Assembly: GCA_051252375.1 (NCBI GenBank)
Contig: JBPOFY010000001.1
Span: 608,001 to 672,000 of the forward strand
Source: Opitutaceae bacterium
Lineage (GTDB): Bacteria > Verrucomicrobiota > Verrucomicrobiia > Opitutales > Coraliomargaritaceae
Direction of reading: 5' to 3'
Length of the DNA stretch: 64,000 nt
Shown: positions 21,279 to 31,079 of the stretch, piece after piece
How positions within the stretch are numbered: position 1 is the stretch's first letter
How the letters are laid out: every line of letters starts with the position of its first letter
The notes under the pieces: generated by a model
Database searches by the model: none
What the model was told of the DNA's origin: nothing
What the model saw: only the letters and a program-made list of their open reading frames with translations
Program-made: the position numbers and the translations under genes

Positions 21279-21313
21279 AAATGGCTAATGGATGAGGACT
21301 ATCGGCTGAGTCG
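21279..21313. repeat. Five degenerate 7-mers in the sufC-sufB spacer
   Basis: AAATGGC TAATGGA TGAGGAC TATCGGC TGAGTCG. Confidence 0.55.
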
Positions 21314-21314
21314 G

Positions 21315-22079
21315 TTACGCAGTTGCGCTGGTGAATTCTTCTTTGACCCAGTCGTAGCCTTTGGTTTCGAGTTCCTTGGCGAGCTCGGCGTCGCCGCTGT
21401 GGACGATGCGGCCGTCGAACATGACGTGCACAACGTCGGGCACGATGTAATCGAGCAAGCGCTGGTAGTGAGTGATTACGAGGAAACCACGTTCTTCGGA
21501 ACGCATGAGATTCACGCCTTCGGAAACAATGCGAAGTGCATCGATATCGAGGCCGGAGTCAGTTTCATCCATGATGCAATACATTGGATTGAGCATGGAC
21601 ATCTGTAGGATTTCGCAGCGCTTTTTCTCGCCGCCGGAGAAGCCTTCGTTGAGCGAGCGAGCGGTGAACTTGCGGTCCATCTTGAGCGCGTCCATTTTGG
21701 CGTAGAGCTCTTTGTAGTATTCGACGGCGTTGACGTCTTCGCCTTCGGGGAGGCGTGCTTGGCGAGCGGCGCGGATGAAATTGGCGATAGAGACGCCGGG
21801 GATTTCCAAAGGATATTGGAAGGCGAGGAAGAGGCCTGCCTTGGCGATCGTATCGGGTTCTTCACCGAGGATGTTGACACCGTCGAGTAGGACTTCACCG
21901 CTTTCGATTGTGTAGTCTTCGTGGCCGGCGATGACTTTAGCCAGTGTGCTCTTGCCGGTGCCATTCGGGCCCATGAGTGCGTGCACTTCGCCCTTTGGAA
22001 TGGTCAGGTTGAAGTCTTTAAGGATGGCTTGGCCATCGATGGAGACATTGAGATTTTTGATTTCGAGCGTGTTGTTCAT
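21315..22079 (-). CDS. sufC: Fe-S cluster assembly ATPase SufC
   Basis: [35 protein letters not shown]. Confidence 0.98.
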   Translation of the reverse strand: MNNTLEIKNLNVSIDGQAILKDFNLTIPKGEVHALMGPNGTGKSTLAKVIAGHEDYTIESGEVLLDGVNILGEEPDTIAKAGLFLAFQYPLEIPGVSIANFIRAARQARLPEGEDVNAVEYYKELYAKMDALKMDRKFTARSLNEGFSGGEKKRCEILQMSMLNPMYCIMDETDSGLDIDALRIVSEGVNLMRSEERGFLVITHYQRLLDYIVPDVVHVMFDGRIVHSGDAELAKELETKGYDWVKEEFTSATA

Positions 22080-22089
22080 GATACGTTGC

Positions 22090-22186
22090 TGGATACGAGA
22101 TCTTGGATTCGTGGTCCGGTTTTTAAGTTTAAGTTTTGAGTTTAGGTTTAAATTGAGAGTTTAATTTCAGCTTTTCAGCGTTTAAG
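22090..22186. repeat. Composite 7-mer, 6-mer and 8-mer tandem repeats in the regulator-sufC spacer
   Basis: TGGATAC GAGATCT TGGATTC GTGGTCC; TTTAAG TTTAAG TTTTGAG TTTAGG TTTAAA; TTTCAGCT TTTCAGCG TTTAAG. Confidence 0.8.
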
Positions 22187-22618
22187 TCAGTCGTGGCAGC
22201 AGTTGCATTTGCCATCGTAAGCGATGTCGATATGGCTGGCGGAGAAACCTTCGGGGAGGACTGCCATTAAGTGGTCGATGAGCTCATCGGGAAGTTCGAT
22301 ATCGACGATTTCACCGCTTTCGCGGCAATAGAAGTGAGCGTGCTTCGTTAGGTTGGGGCAGTAGCGGGTCGGTTCACGCTCGAAATTGACTTGGCGGATG
22401 AGGCTGGTTTCGACGAGCGTTTCTAGGCAGTTGTAAACCGTTGCTAATGAGATGGATGGCATGCCTTCGCGGGCGCGGGCATAGACTTCGTCGGCAGTCG
22501 GATGGTCGCGCTTCTCCAGTAGAACGGAGAAGATATGTTCGCGCTGCTTGGTCGAGCGCTGGCCGCTGTGCTCGAGGGCTTCATCGAGACGGGCTTTATA
22601 TTCAGGTGCGAGATTCAT
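22187..22618 (-). CDS. Fur family transcriptional regulator (PerR/Irr-like)
   Basis: [31 protein letters not shown]; start set at ATG 22618. Confidence 0.93.
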   Translation of the reverse strand: MNLAPEYKARLDEALEHSGQRSTKQREHIFSVLLEKRDHPTADEVYARAREGMPSISLATVYNCLETLVETSLIRQVNFEREPTRYCPNLTKHAHFYCRESGEIVDIELPDELIDHLMAVLPEGFSASHIDIAYDGKCNCCHD

Positions 22619-22642
22619 GAGTGATTTGTAGTCGGTGTAGTA

Positions 22643-22659
22643 TTTAGAATAATTCCAAG
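22643..22659. promoter_or_regulatory. PerR/Irr(ICE)-like operator, copy 1
   Basis: TTTAGAATAATTCCAAG. Confidence 0.7.
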
Positions 22660-22669
22660 TATCATTAAT

Positions 22670-22688
22670 AATGAGACTGAGTAGCAAT
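22670..22688. promoter_or_regulatory. Possible Fur-type 9-1-9 box
   Basis: AATGAGACT-G-AGTAGCAAT, 6 of 9 positions palindromic. Confidence 0.4.
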
Positions 22689-22719
22689 AAAGCCCGAATT
22701 GAAGGTTTATCAAGCAATA

Positions 22720-22736
22720 ATTAGAATAATTCTAAA
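22720..22736. promoter_or_regulatory. PerR/Irr(ICE)-like operator, copy 2
   Basis: Perfect 7-1-7 palindrome TTAGAAT-A-ATTCTAA at 22721-22735. Confidence 0.78.
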
Positions 22737-22844
22737 AATGTGCTCTATTGCGTATTCTGTCGGTGCTAGGGCGCGGCACGCCTGCATTTCCTGGGTGAGC
22801 TTTGGCTTGTCTCGTCGTCGGCACATCCGCATTTTCGCTCTCAT

Positions 22845-23585
22845 ATGCCGCGCTACCGCTCATTTTTATTTCCAGATTCCACTGTGGGCGAAGGTTTTGT
22901 CGTGCTAGACCCTCGGGAGAGTCATCATCTAGTGCGTGTTTTTCGGGCACGTGTGGGTGAGACCATTGAGGTATTGGATGGTGCGGGAAAGCGCTATATT
23001 GGGCGCATTGAAGTGGCAGATGCCAAGGCTGCTCGAATAGCTGTGGAGTTGGTTCAGGAATCACCTCGTCGGGGCGCAGAAGTGACTTTGCTGCAATCGA
23101 TGCCTAAAGGTAAAACGATGGATTTGGTCTTACGTATGGCGACTGAGATCGGCGCGTCAGTCATCCAACCGGTTTTTACGGACCAAGGCGATGTGCAGAT
23201 TAAGGGTGAGCGCTTACTTTCGAAAGTTGAAAAATGGCGCGTGACGATGATTGAGGCCTGCAAGCAATGTGGCCTGAGTCATTTGCCGCGCTTGGAGATG
23301 CCCGAACATTTATCGGTGTGGCTGGAGCAGAATCCTTCCGCAGAGCATTCGCTGAGAATTGTCGCTAGCTTAGAGGAAGGGAGTCGTCCGCTTGCGGACG
23401 TGCTCAGTGACGCGACGGACATAGAGTCGATCGTCGTTGCAGTCGGACCCGAGGGCGATTTCACAACAGAGGAGTATAGTCGCTTACGCGCGTGTGGATT
23501 TCAACCCGTTCGGCTCGGAGCCAATGTGCTTCGGTCTGAAACGGCTGCGGCATACATCCTCAGTGTAGTCGATCAATTGAGATGA
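22845..23585 (+). CDS. rsmE: 16S rRNA m3U1498 methyltransferase
   Basis: [33 protein letters not shown]. Confidence 0.95.
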   Translation: MPRYRSFLFPDSTVGEGFVVLDPRESHHLVRVFRARVGETIEVLDGAGKRYIGRIEVADAKAARIAVELVQESPRRGAEVTLLQSMPKGKTMDLVLRMATEIGASVIQPVFTDQGDVQIKGERLLSKVEKWRVTMIEACKQCGLSHLPRLEMPEHLSVWLEQNPSAEHSLRIVASLEEGSRPLADVLSDATDIESIVVAVGPEGDFTTEEYSRLRACGFQPVRLGANVLRSETAAAYILSVVDQLR

Positions 23586-23621
23586 TCTGCTGAGCTACGA
23601 AATCATTCGCAGGTGTAGCGC

Positions 23622-24836
23622 TTAGCTGACTTCAAAGCCAACGATCGAAATGTCATCCTGTTGGTCGGGAGATTGCGTATATTCGCCGACGATGTCGTAT
23701 ATAATTTCCAGCGTTTCTTGGGTGGGAAGGTTCGAGTGCTCGGTGAAGCAATCAATCAGGCGCTTCATGCCGAATTCCTCTTCAGCAGGATCTGAGGCTT
23801 CGACGATGCCATCAGTAAATGCGTAAAAACGATCACCTAAGTGTAAGTCGATGGCTTTTGAGTTGGATGCTCCGGTGCCAGGGAAGCCCATGACGGTGCC
23901 GTCGGGGAGTTCCACGAGCTCGATTTGCTGAGTTGCCTTACGATAGACGAGCACCTGACGATGACCAGCGTGGGAGAGAATTAATTTGCGACTGCCATCG
24001 TGCTGACGAGCGCCAAAATGCCCGGCCAGACCAGTGATGAAGCCTTTGTTGATACGACCAGTGACTTCCTCATTCACAGTGTTGAGGAATGCTTGTGGGT
24101 TGTCGTTATAAACTTCGGCTTGATGCGCTGTCAGGTATTTAAGCAAGACTGTATAAAACGCGGCGGTGACACCATGTCCGCAGACGTCGCCCATAAAAAA
24201 GAGTAGGCAATTACTTGGGTTGCGAGGGAAGCTGATCATATCGCCTCCGACTGAAGTCATCGGCTTCCATAGATATGCGATATCGATGTGTTTGATGTGG
24301 GGCACTCGGCCAGGAATCATCACGCTTTGCACCTTTTTCGCGCTCTCGTAGTCGGAGCGCATGATTTGGTTTTGCTCGCGAAGGCGTTGTTCACTCTCAG
24401 CGAGTTTTTCTTGAGCATGTTTTTCGGCAGTCACATCGCGGGAAATACCCATGATGCCGACAAGCTTACCAGATTGTAAATAAAGTGGTGCTTTTGATGA
24501 AGATACCCAAGTGACGGAACCGTCCTCCCAGGTTTCTTTCTCGATGAGGTTTATTAGAGGATTTCCTGTGCGGAGGATTTCCTGTTCGTCATCGAAGGCT
24601 TGTTGGGCGTGTTCAATCGAAAAAAGGTCAAAGTCGCTCATGCCTTCTAGGTCGTGGCGATTGTTTAAACCGTGAAGTTCGGCGAGTGTCTGACTGGCTG
24701 CCACGAAACGGCTTTTGCGGTCTTTGATGTAGATGCGGTCAGCTGTTTGTTCCATTAGCGACTCAAATAGACGCTTGGCGGAGGCCTTAATTAGGAGACT
24801 GCTATCGTCATCCTCTTTGTTTGTGGGCGAACTCAT
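23622..24836 (-). CDS. PAS-domain SpoIIE/RsbU-type PP2C phosphatase
   Basis: PAS ([17 protein letters not shown]), [26 protein letters not shown]. Confidence 0.92.
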   Translation of the reverse strand: MSSPTNKEDDDSSLLIKASAKRLFESLMEQTADRIYIKDRKSRFVAASQTLAELHGLNNRHDLEGMSDFDLFSIEHAQQAFDDEQEILRTGNPLINLIEKETWEDGSVTWVSSSKAPLYLQSGKLVGIMGISRDVTAEKHAQEKLAESEQRLREQNQIMRSDYESAKKVQSVMIPGRVPHIKHIDIAYLWKPMTSVGGDMISFPRNPSNCLLFFMGDVCGHGVTAAFYTVLLKYLTAHQAEVYNDNPQAFLNTVNEEVTGRINKGFITGLAGHFGARQHDGSRKLILSHAGHRQVLVYRKATQQIELVELPDGTVMGFPGTGASNSKAIDLHLGDRFYAFTDGIVEASDPAEEEFGMKRLIDCFTEHSNLPTQETLEIIYDIVGEYTQSPDQQDDISIVGFEVS

Positions 24837-24945
24837 CTTATCGGTATTGAGTAGAGAGATTTGGACTTAGGCAATATCACAAGCGATGTTTTCAGCATAA
24901 AAACGTCTGGCTTTTTTTCTGACATGTCGTCCACTGCATTACAAT

Positions 24946-25410
24946 ATGCGAGCTGTAATTCAGAGAGTGTGTCGTGCGTCGGTCTCGGTCGGTGATGAAG
25001 TGGTGGGGACGATAGATTGTCCTGCCGGTGGTGTGCTGGTTTTTCTCGGCGTAGGGCAATCGGATTGCGTCGAGGATATTGCATGGCTAGTCAGCCGAAT
25101 AGTGAAGCTACGGATATTTGAGGATACTGAGGGTCGTATGAATCGCTCACTGTTGGATGTTGATGGTGGGGCGATGGTGATCAGCCAGTTCACTTTATTT
25201 GGTAATCTCAAGAAGGGGAACCGACCGTCATTTAATCGTGCAGCCCTGCCGGGTCAGGCGGTGCCACTTTACGAAAAGTTTGTCGAGGAGCTGTCGCAGT
25301 CGCTGGGTAAGCCTGTGGCAACTGGCCGATTTGGTGAGGATATGCGGATTGATGCGGCTAACGATGGTCCAGTCACTCTAATCGTGGATACGAAGGAACG
25401 GGATTTCTGA
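24946..25410 (+). CDS. dtd: D-aminoacyl-tRNA deacylase
   Basis: [25 protein letters not shown]. Confidence 0.97.
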   Translation: MRAVIQRVCRASVSVGDEVVGTIDCPAGGVLVFLGVGQSDCVEDIAWLVSRIVKLRIFEDTEGRMNRSLLDVDGGAMVISQFTLFGNLKKGNRPSFNRAALPGQAVPLYEKFVEELSQSLGKPVATGRFGEDMRIDAANDGPVTLIVDTKERDF

Positions 25411-25521
25411 TGGAACGAAGAGATTTATCGGCACACTAAAAATACCATGGTTTAGTGGAATAAATTTCTATTCTATGTTTCCTATACCCTGTAAAGACAC
25501 ATCAATCCACCTACAATAATT

Positions 25522-25977
25522 ATGAAAATATTCAAAGCGCTATCTCTCATTTCACTCTTATCTATTGCATTCGTTGCGTCGGCTTTTGCGGGCGGTGATG
25601 CGTGGATGACCGATTTTGAAGCGGCAAAAGCAAAAGCAAAAGCCGAAAACAAACCGATGCTTCTCGATTTTACCGGTTCTGACTGGTGTGGTTGGTGCAT
25701 CAAGCTGGATAGAGAAGTCTTCAGCCAAGACGCGTTTAAAGAGTATGCTAACGCCTCACTCGTGTTGGTGGAACTCGACTTCCCGAGTAAAAAAATCAAG
25801 CAGTCCGAGGAATTGGTGAAGCAGAATAAGGCCTTAGCTGAGAAGTATGGCATTCGCGGCTATCCCACGATTTTGATTCTTTCGCCTGAGGGTAAGTTGG
25901 TAGAAAAGACCGGCTATCAGCGCGGTGGTGCTGAAGTATATGTCGAGCACATCAAAGAGATCGTCGGTAAGATCTAG
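25522..25977 (+). CDS. Exported thioredoxin-family protein
   Basis: Signal peptide, [10 protein letters not shown], cis-Pro loop GYPT. Confidence 0.92.
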   Translation: MKIFKALSLISLLSIAFVASAFAGGDAWMTDFEAAKAKAKAENKPMLLDFTGSDWCGWCIKLDREVFSQDAFKEYANASLVLVELDFPSKKIKQSEELVKQNKALAEKYGIRGYPTILILSPEGKLVEKTGYQRGGAEVYVEHIKEIVGKI

Positions 25978-27467
25978 TTAGTCGCCCAATCTTTGGAACG
26001 CTCTAAGGCCTTTTTCCATCGGCTTTGCTGGGCTGCCGCCGCATCGGCTGAGATCTCAGGCTCGAAGATGCGGTCGGTTTTCCAATGTGAAGCCATCTCA
26101 GTGGCGTCTTTCCAGAAACCTGTGCTTAAACCTGCGAGATAGGCCGCACCAAGCGCGGTGGTCTCAGTGACTTGAGGCCGGACCACTGGCACCTGCATGA
26201 GATCGGCTTGGAACTGCATAAGGAAGTTGTTGTTAGCGGCACCGCCATCCACTCGTAGTTCATCGATGCTACTAGTGTAGTCTTCGTTGATTGCGTGTAG
26301 GAGGTCGGCGGATTGGAAGGCGATCGATTCCAGCGCGGCACGAGTGATGTGGGCTGCTGAGGTGCCGCGGGTGATGCCGCAGAGTGTGCCGCGAGCATGT
26401 GGGTCCCAATGTGGGGCGCCGAGCCCTGTGAAAGCGGGCACGAGGTAAACGCCACCGTTGTCTTTGACAGAAGTTGCGAGTGCTTCGCTGTCTGAAGAAC
26501 GCTTAATAATGCCCAGTCCATCTCGCAGCCACTGAATGACAGCTCCGCCGGTGAAGACACTGCCTTCGATCGCGTAGCCCAATGTATTGTCGGTGTTGCA
26601 GGTGAGTGTGGTGAGCAAATTGTGCTGAGAGTGCACAATGCCTTTTTCAGTAGGACGTAATAGAAAGCAGCCGGTGCCGTAAGTGTTTTTGGCTTTGCTG
26701 GCATCGATACAGTTTTGTCCGAATAGTGCGGCTTGCTGATCACCCGCCATGCCTGCAATGGGTAGCCCTCGTAGCCCCTCTACTTGGCATTCGCCGAAGA
26801 GGCTGCTGGAAGGTTGCACAGTGGGGAGCAAAGACTCGGGGATATTTAGCAGGCGAAGGATGTCCACGTCCCAACAGCCTTCTTGGATGTTGAAGAGTAA
26901 TGTGCGACTGGCGTTGGTGACATCGGTTGCGTGGACTTGTCCGCCACTTAGGTTCCAGAGTATCCAACTGTCGATGGTGCCGAAGGCGAGCTCGCCGCGT
27001 TCAGCGCGGGCCCGTGCTTCGGGCACGTTGTCGAGTAGCCAATTAAGTTTCGTGCCGGAGAAATAGGGGTCGATGCGTAGTCCGGTCTTCTCTTGAATCG
27101 CTTGCGCGTGTCCCGCCTCATTTAATTCATGGCAGAACTTTGCAGTGCGGCGATCTTGCCAGACGATGGCCGGATGCAAAGGGGCGCCGGTTTGGCGGTC
27201 CCATAGCACGGTGGTTTCCCGCTGATTAGTGATTCCGATCGCTGCAACATCGGCAGCAGAAATGCCATTGGATTGCAACACTTCGAGCGCAACGGCTAGT
27301 TGGCTGTTCCAAATCTCAGTGGCGTCGTGCTCGACCCATCCATCTCGAGGAAAGTGTTGTTGGAATTCCTGCTGTGCGACTGCCACCAGTTCTCCTGGGT
27401 GGTTGAATAATATTGCTCGTGAACTTGTCGTGCCCTGATCCAAGGCAAGTATATAGTCGCGGGGCAT
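25974..27467 (-). CDS. glpK: Glycerol kinase
   Basis: [40 protein letters not shown]. Confidence 0.97.
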   Translation of the reverse strand: MPRDYILALDQGTTSSRAILFNHPGELVAVAQQEFQQHFPRDGWVEHDATEIWNSQLAVALEVLQSNGISAADVAAIGITNQRETTVLWDRQTGAPLHPAIVWQDRRTAKFCHELNEAGHAQAIQEKTGLRIDPYFSGTKLNWLLDNVPEARARAERGELAFGTIDSWILWNLSGGQVHATDVTNASRTLLFNIQEGCWDVDILRLLNIPESLLPTVQPSSSLFGECQVEGLRGLPIAGMAGDQQAALFGQNCIDASKAKNTYGTGCFLLRPTEKGIVHSQHNLLTTLTCNTDNTLGYAIEGSVFTGGAVIQWLRDGLGIIKRSSDSEALATSVKDNGGVYLVPAFTGLGAPHWDPHARGTLCGITRGTSAAHITRAALESIAFQSADLLHAINEDYTSSIDELRVDGGAANNNFLMQFQADLMQVPVVRPQVTETTALGAAYLAGLSTGFWKDATEMASHWKTDRIFEPEISADAAAAQQSRWKKALERSKDWATN

Positions 27468-27486
27468 TGTGTGGGGTAGCTAGAAT

Positions 27487-29769
27487 TTATTTCTGTAGCA
27501 CTCGGTGGAGTGTGTCGCTCATTTCCTTGATACGATAAGGCTTCGGCACGACGGCCGCAAATGGGGAGTTCTCATAATCGGACATCACGTTCGAAGTTGT
27601 GTAACCACTGGAGGCGATGGCGATGAGACTTGGGTCGTATTCAATCAAAATGCCTGCGGCTTCTTCGCCACCCATACCGCCCGGGACGGTGAGGTCGAAG
27701 ACAACCGCGTCGAAAGGCTTGCCCGCATCTTTCGCGTCTTTGTAAACTTTAATCGCCTCTTCGCCGTTGGTTGAAAATTCCACTTCGTAGCCGAGCATCG
27801 TGAGTATTTCACCGGCGACCATCATCATGGCTTCCATATCGTCCATGACGAGTATGCGGGCATTCCCGCGATGAATCGTGTTGCTGCTCTCGGTCGATTT
27901 ATCTGCTTCTTCGACCACCTTCTTGACGACTTTCTGGCTCTTAGGAAGGTAGATCGTGAAAGTGGAGCCTTTATCTATAACTGAATCTACAGTCAGTATG
28001 CCCTTATGACTTTTTATGATCGAGTAAGAAGAGGCGAGCCCGAGGCCGTTGCCGTCTTTCTTGGTTGTGAAGTAGGGGTCAAATATACGCTTTAGATTTT
28101 CGGGTGTGATGCCGGTTCCTTCGTCTGTAATTGCAATGCTAATGTATTCGCCGGAGTCCAGTGTGGGTATCTCACTTTTACGAACGGAGCAATTGGCTAA
28201 GCTTACTTTAATGACGCCACCATTGGGCATAGCTTGGTCCGCATTGATGATTAAATTGTTCACGACTTGGGCGATTTGTCCCTTGTCGGCATCGACAGAC
28301 CAACACTCTTCGCTGGCATCGATCATGCATTTTACATTGGATCCTCGTAGAATGAACTGAGTGCAGTCCTTGACGAGTTGGCTGATCGTGGTCGTTTCAA
28401 GCACGGGTGTGCCGCCTTTTGAGAAAGTGAGTAGCTGTTGTGTTAGCGACTTTGCTTGTAACGTGGCTTTTTCTGCGGCGATCAACTTAGCGGACGACTT
28501 ATCACCTTCGTCCATGCCCATACGAACGATCGAGATATTGCCGAGTATCGCGGTCAGTATGTTGTTGAAGTCATGAGCAATGCCGCCTGCGAGTAGGCTG
28601 ATCGAGTGGAGCTTTTCTGATTTAAAGAGCTCATCTTCGGCGAGTTTTTGATTGGTGATATCGCGAAGCACGATGACACAACCGTAGTGGGCTTGGTCAT
28701 CATCTAGGATGCAACGCATCTCGGCGGTGACGAGGAGAGAGTCGCCACCTTTACCGATGAGGGGGATTCCCAGTTCGGGGGTGATCTCTGCGCGTTCGCT
28801 AGAGAGCATCACTTCGGAAGGGTCTTTAATGATTTTTCCAGTTTTTGGGTGCTGTAACTTGAGCACCTCGCCAAGAACTTGCCCGATAGCCTCTTGTTGG
28901 CTGACGCCTGTCAGGCGGACCGCTTCCTGATTGATGCGTTCAATCTTGCCATTTGCATCGATGGCAATCACCGCATCCGCGATCGAATCGAGAGTGACGG
29001 ACAAGCGTTCTTTTTCACGCTTGAGTGCAAGTTGCGCCTGACGTCTTTGTGTGACATCACGTAGCATGACAAGCAAGGCGCTGGCACCTTCCCAAATTAG
29101 ATCCACCGCAGTGAGTTCGAGTAGTCGAGTGCTGTCGTCTGGACCGGGTATCTCGAGTTCTGTTTCTTTGCCACCTGGTATTTCAAAAGGAAAGATTTCC
29201 CCAATCAGCGACTCAGTATCTGCTTCTAGTAGTTGACCGGCTGCAGGGTTAAGGAATTTAATTTCATACTCAGGCGTGAGTATGAGCATTGCGTCGGTAT
29301 TCGCATCAAAGATGTGCCTCAGTAGTGTTTCGCTGTGGCGAATTTCATCCGCATCAGCCTCTGCCTTGTGCAGCATATTGGCCCGCTCGAGTGAATAGCG
29401 AATGGAGCGGCGTAACACTTCGGCATTCAATGTGTCTTTAAACAGGTAGTCTTGTGCGCCTGCGTGAAGTGCTTCGAGGGACAGTTGCTCGTCTTGAGCT
29501 CCGGTGAGCACGATGATTACCTCGTTTGTGCAGTATTGTTGAACAGATTTGAGGGTATCTAAGCCCTTGCTGTCGGGAAGGGAAAGGTCGAGGAGGATGA
29601 GGTCGAAGTGGCATGCTTCTAAAATTGCCGCACCTTCCGATAAGCGCTTCGCTTCTGTTACTTCGTGCTTGAGGTCAGAGATGTCGAGATACTCTCGAAC
29701 TAGATTCGCATCTGCTTCGTTGTCCTCGAACAGTAGTATGTTCAGGTTTGCTTGGGGGTCCGTCAACAT
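27487..29769 (-). CDS. Hybrid histidine kinase REC-PAS-PAS-HisKA-HATPase-REC
   Basis: N-terminal REC (LLDLSLPD), AGGIAHDFNN, FDPYFTTK, GLGL, C-terminal REC (FDLTVPGG); start set at ATG 29769. Confidence 0.93.
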   Translation of the reverse strand: MLTDPQANLNILLFEDNEADANLVREYLDISDLKHEVTEAKRLSEGAAILEACHFDLILLDLSLPDSKGLDTLKSVQQYCTNEVIIVLTGAQDEQLSLEALHAGAQDYLFKDTLNAEVLRRSIRYSLERANMLHKAEADADEIRHSETLLRHIFDANTDAMLILTPEYEIKFLNPAAGQLLEADTESLIGEIFPFEIPGGKETELEIPGPDDSTRLLELTAVDLIWEGASALLVMLRDVTQRRQAQLALKREKERLSVTLDSIADAVIAIDANGKIERINQEAVRLTGVSQQEAIGQVLGEVLKLQHPKTGKIIKDPSEVMLSSERAEITPELGIPLIGKGGDSLLVTAEMRCILDDDQAHYGCVIVLRDITNQKLAEDELFKSEKLHSISLLAGGIAHDFNNILTAILGNISIVRMGMDEGDKSSAKLIAAEKATLQAKSLTQQLLTFSKGGTPVLETTTISQLVKDCTQFILRGSNVKCMIDASEECWSVDADKGQIAQVVNNLIINADQAMPNGGVIKVSLANCSVRKSEIPTLDSGEYISIAITDEGTGITPENLKRIFDPYFTTKKDGNGLGLASSYSIIKSHKGILTVDSVIDKGSTFTIYLPKSQKVVKKVVEEADKSTESSNTIHRGNARILVMDDMEAMMMVAGEILTMLGYEVEFSTNGEEAIKVYKDAKDAGKPFDAVVFDLTVPGGMGGEEAAGILIEYDPSLIAIASSGYTTSNVMSDYENSPFAAVVPKPYRIKEMSDTLHRVLQK

Positions 29770-29808
29770 GGGTATGTATAGAAAGCGGTATTCGGTGGCA
29801 CAAATCAA

Positions 29809-30999
29809 TCACTTATCTGGCTTTAGATCCTTTGGTTGGGCCTTGTTTAGACTGACGTAGAAAGTGCTGCCTTCGTTTAGTTTGGAGGTGAACCATATAC
29901 TGCCTTCGTGTTGTTCTGCGATTTTTTTACAAACGGAGAGTCCTATGCCTGATCCATCATATTCATCTCGAGTGTTGAGGCGTTGAAATAAATTGAATGG
30001 AATATCATCGTGATCTGGGTCGATGCCGATGCCATTATCTTCAATGCCTACAATCCATTTGTCTGGTTGGTCTCTTGCCGCTCCATCGTAGAAGTGCACT
30101 TTAACAATAGACGTTTGGTCTGGCGCATGGAATTTCACGGCATTGCCGATGAGATTTTGGAAGAGTCTCGTTAAGCGTATTGGATCACCCCATGCGACGG
30201 GTGCATTGTTGATGTCGACGGTAACCTCTGCTTTGGCTGACTGTATCGTAACGGATAAGTTTTCTATGGCATGCGTAATCACTTGATCGAGCGCGACTGC
30301 TTCGTGGGGGGTGGGTGCTTTATTAATACGAGCGTAATCCAGGAGGTCTTCGATTAATTTACGCATTCTTTCCGCGCCTTCCGTGGCATAGTCGATGTAG
30401 CGCCGACCACGCTTGTCGAGAGCCTCGGGGTAGCGCTCTTGTAAGAGTCGGAGATAACTTGTGACCATGCGAAGTGGTTCGCGCAGGTCGTGCGATGCCG
30501 TCGAGGCGAAGCTTTCCAGTTCAGAGTTGGATCGCTGTGCTAGTTCCAATTCTTTAGATAATTGGGTAGCTTCGCTTTGAGCTGAAGTGATGTTTCCGGT
30601 GGATTCCAGTTCGTAGCAAACACCGCTAATGAATGGTTCCGTATGTTGCGGTAGAAAACAAAGGCGACCGATGAAGCGTAGCTGTTTAGATGGGCGACCG
30701 TAGATGGCGGTCGTCGTGACGATTTCGTCAAACGCTCGATTGTTTGCAAAAGTAGCGTCGAGTGCGGTGAGCACCGCTTCGTGGGCGTTTTCTTCAATCT
30801 TAAGCAAGAAGTCTTCGACCGAGTATGGGGCTTCGGTGGGAGTGGCGTCGAATAGATGGCACATTCGCGTATCCCATTTCATGTCGCCTTTTTGCGACCA
30901 AGTCCAATGTCCCATTTTTGCGGCATCTAGCGCGGACTTAATGCAAAGCAACTCGCTTTGTTCAGGCGTGGTTGAAGGCATATTTGGGTGTATATCCAT
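29809..30999 (-). CDS. PAS-like sensor histidine kinase with Cph1-type transmitter
   Basis: FASTASHDLREPLRMV, LFQNLIGNAVKF, DNGIGI, GSGIGL. Confidence 0.93.
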   Translation of the reverse strand: MDIHPNMPSTTPEQSELLCIKSALDAAKMGHWTWSQKGDMKWDTRMCHLFDATPTEAPYSVEDFLLKIEENAHEAVLTALDATFANNRAFDEIVTTTAIYGRPSKQLRFIGRLCFLPQHTEPFISGVCYELESTGNITSAQSEATQLSKELELAQRSNSELESFASTASHDLREPLRMVTSYLRLLQERYPEALDKRGRRYIDYATEGAERMRKLIEDLLDYARINKAPTPHEAVALDQVITHAIENLSVTIQSAKAEVTVDINNAPVAWGDPIRLTRLFQNLIGNAVKFHAPDQTSIVKVHFYDGAARDQPDKWIVGIEDNGIGIDPDHDDIPFNLFQRLNTRDEYDGSGIGLSVCKKIAEQHEGSIWFTSKLNEGSTFYVSLNKAQPKDLKPDK

Positions 31000-31079
31000 A
31001 GGGCTTAAAAAAACTATTCGCCTTTTATCGTGAATGTCCTTATCTCTGGTGACAACTTCTTATCCGGTCGCATTGATTC

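Noticed and set aside
14394..22186. Short repeat arrays as CRISPR
   Set aside because: Units are 6-8 nt, contiguous, without spacers, and there are no cas genes
22619..22717. N-terminal extension of the Fur-family ORF
   Set aside because: It spans AT-rich operator sequence; ATG 22618 gives a normal 143-aa Fur-family protein
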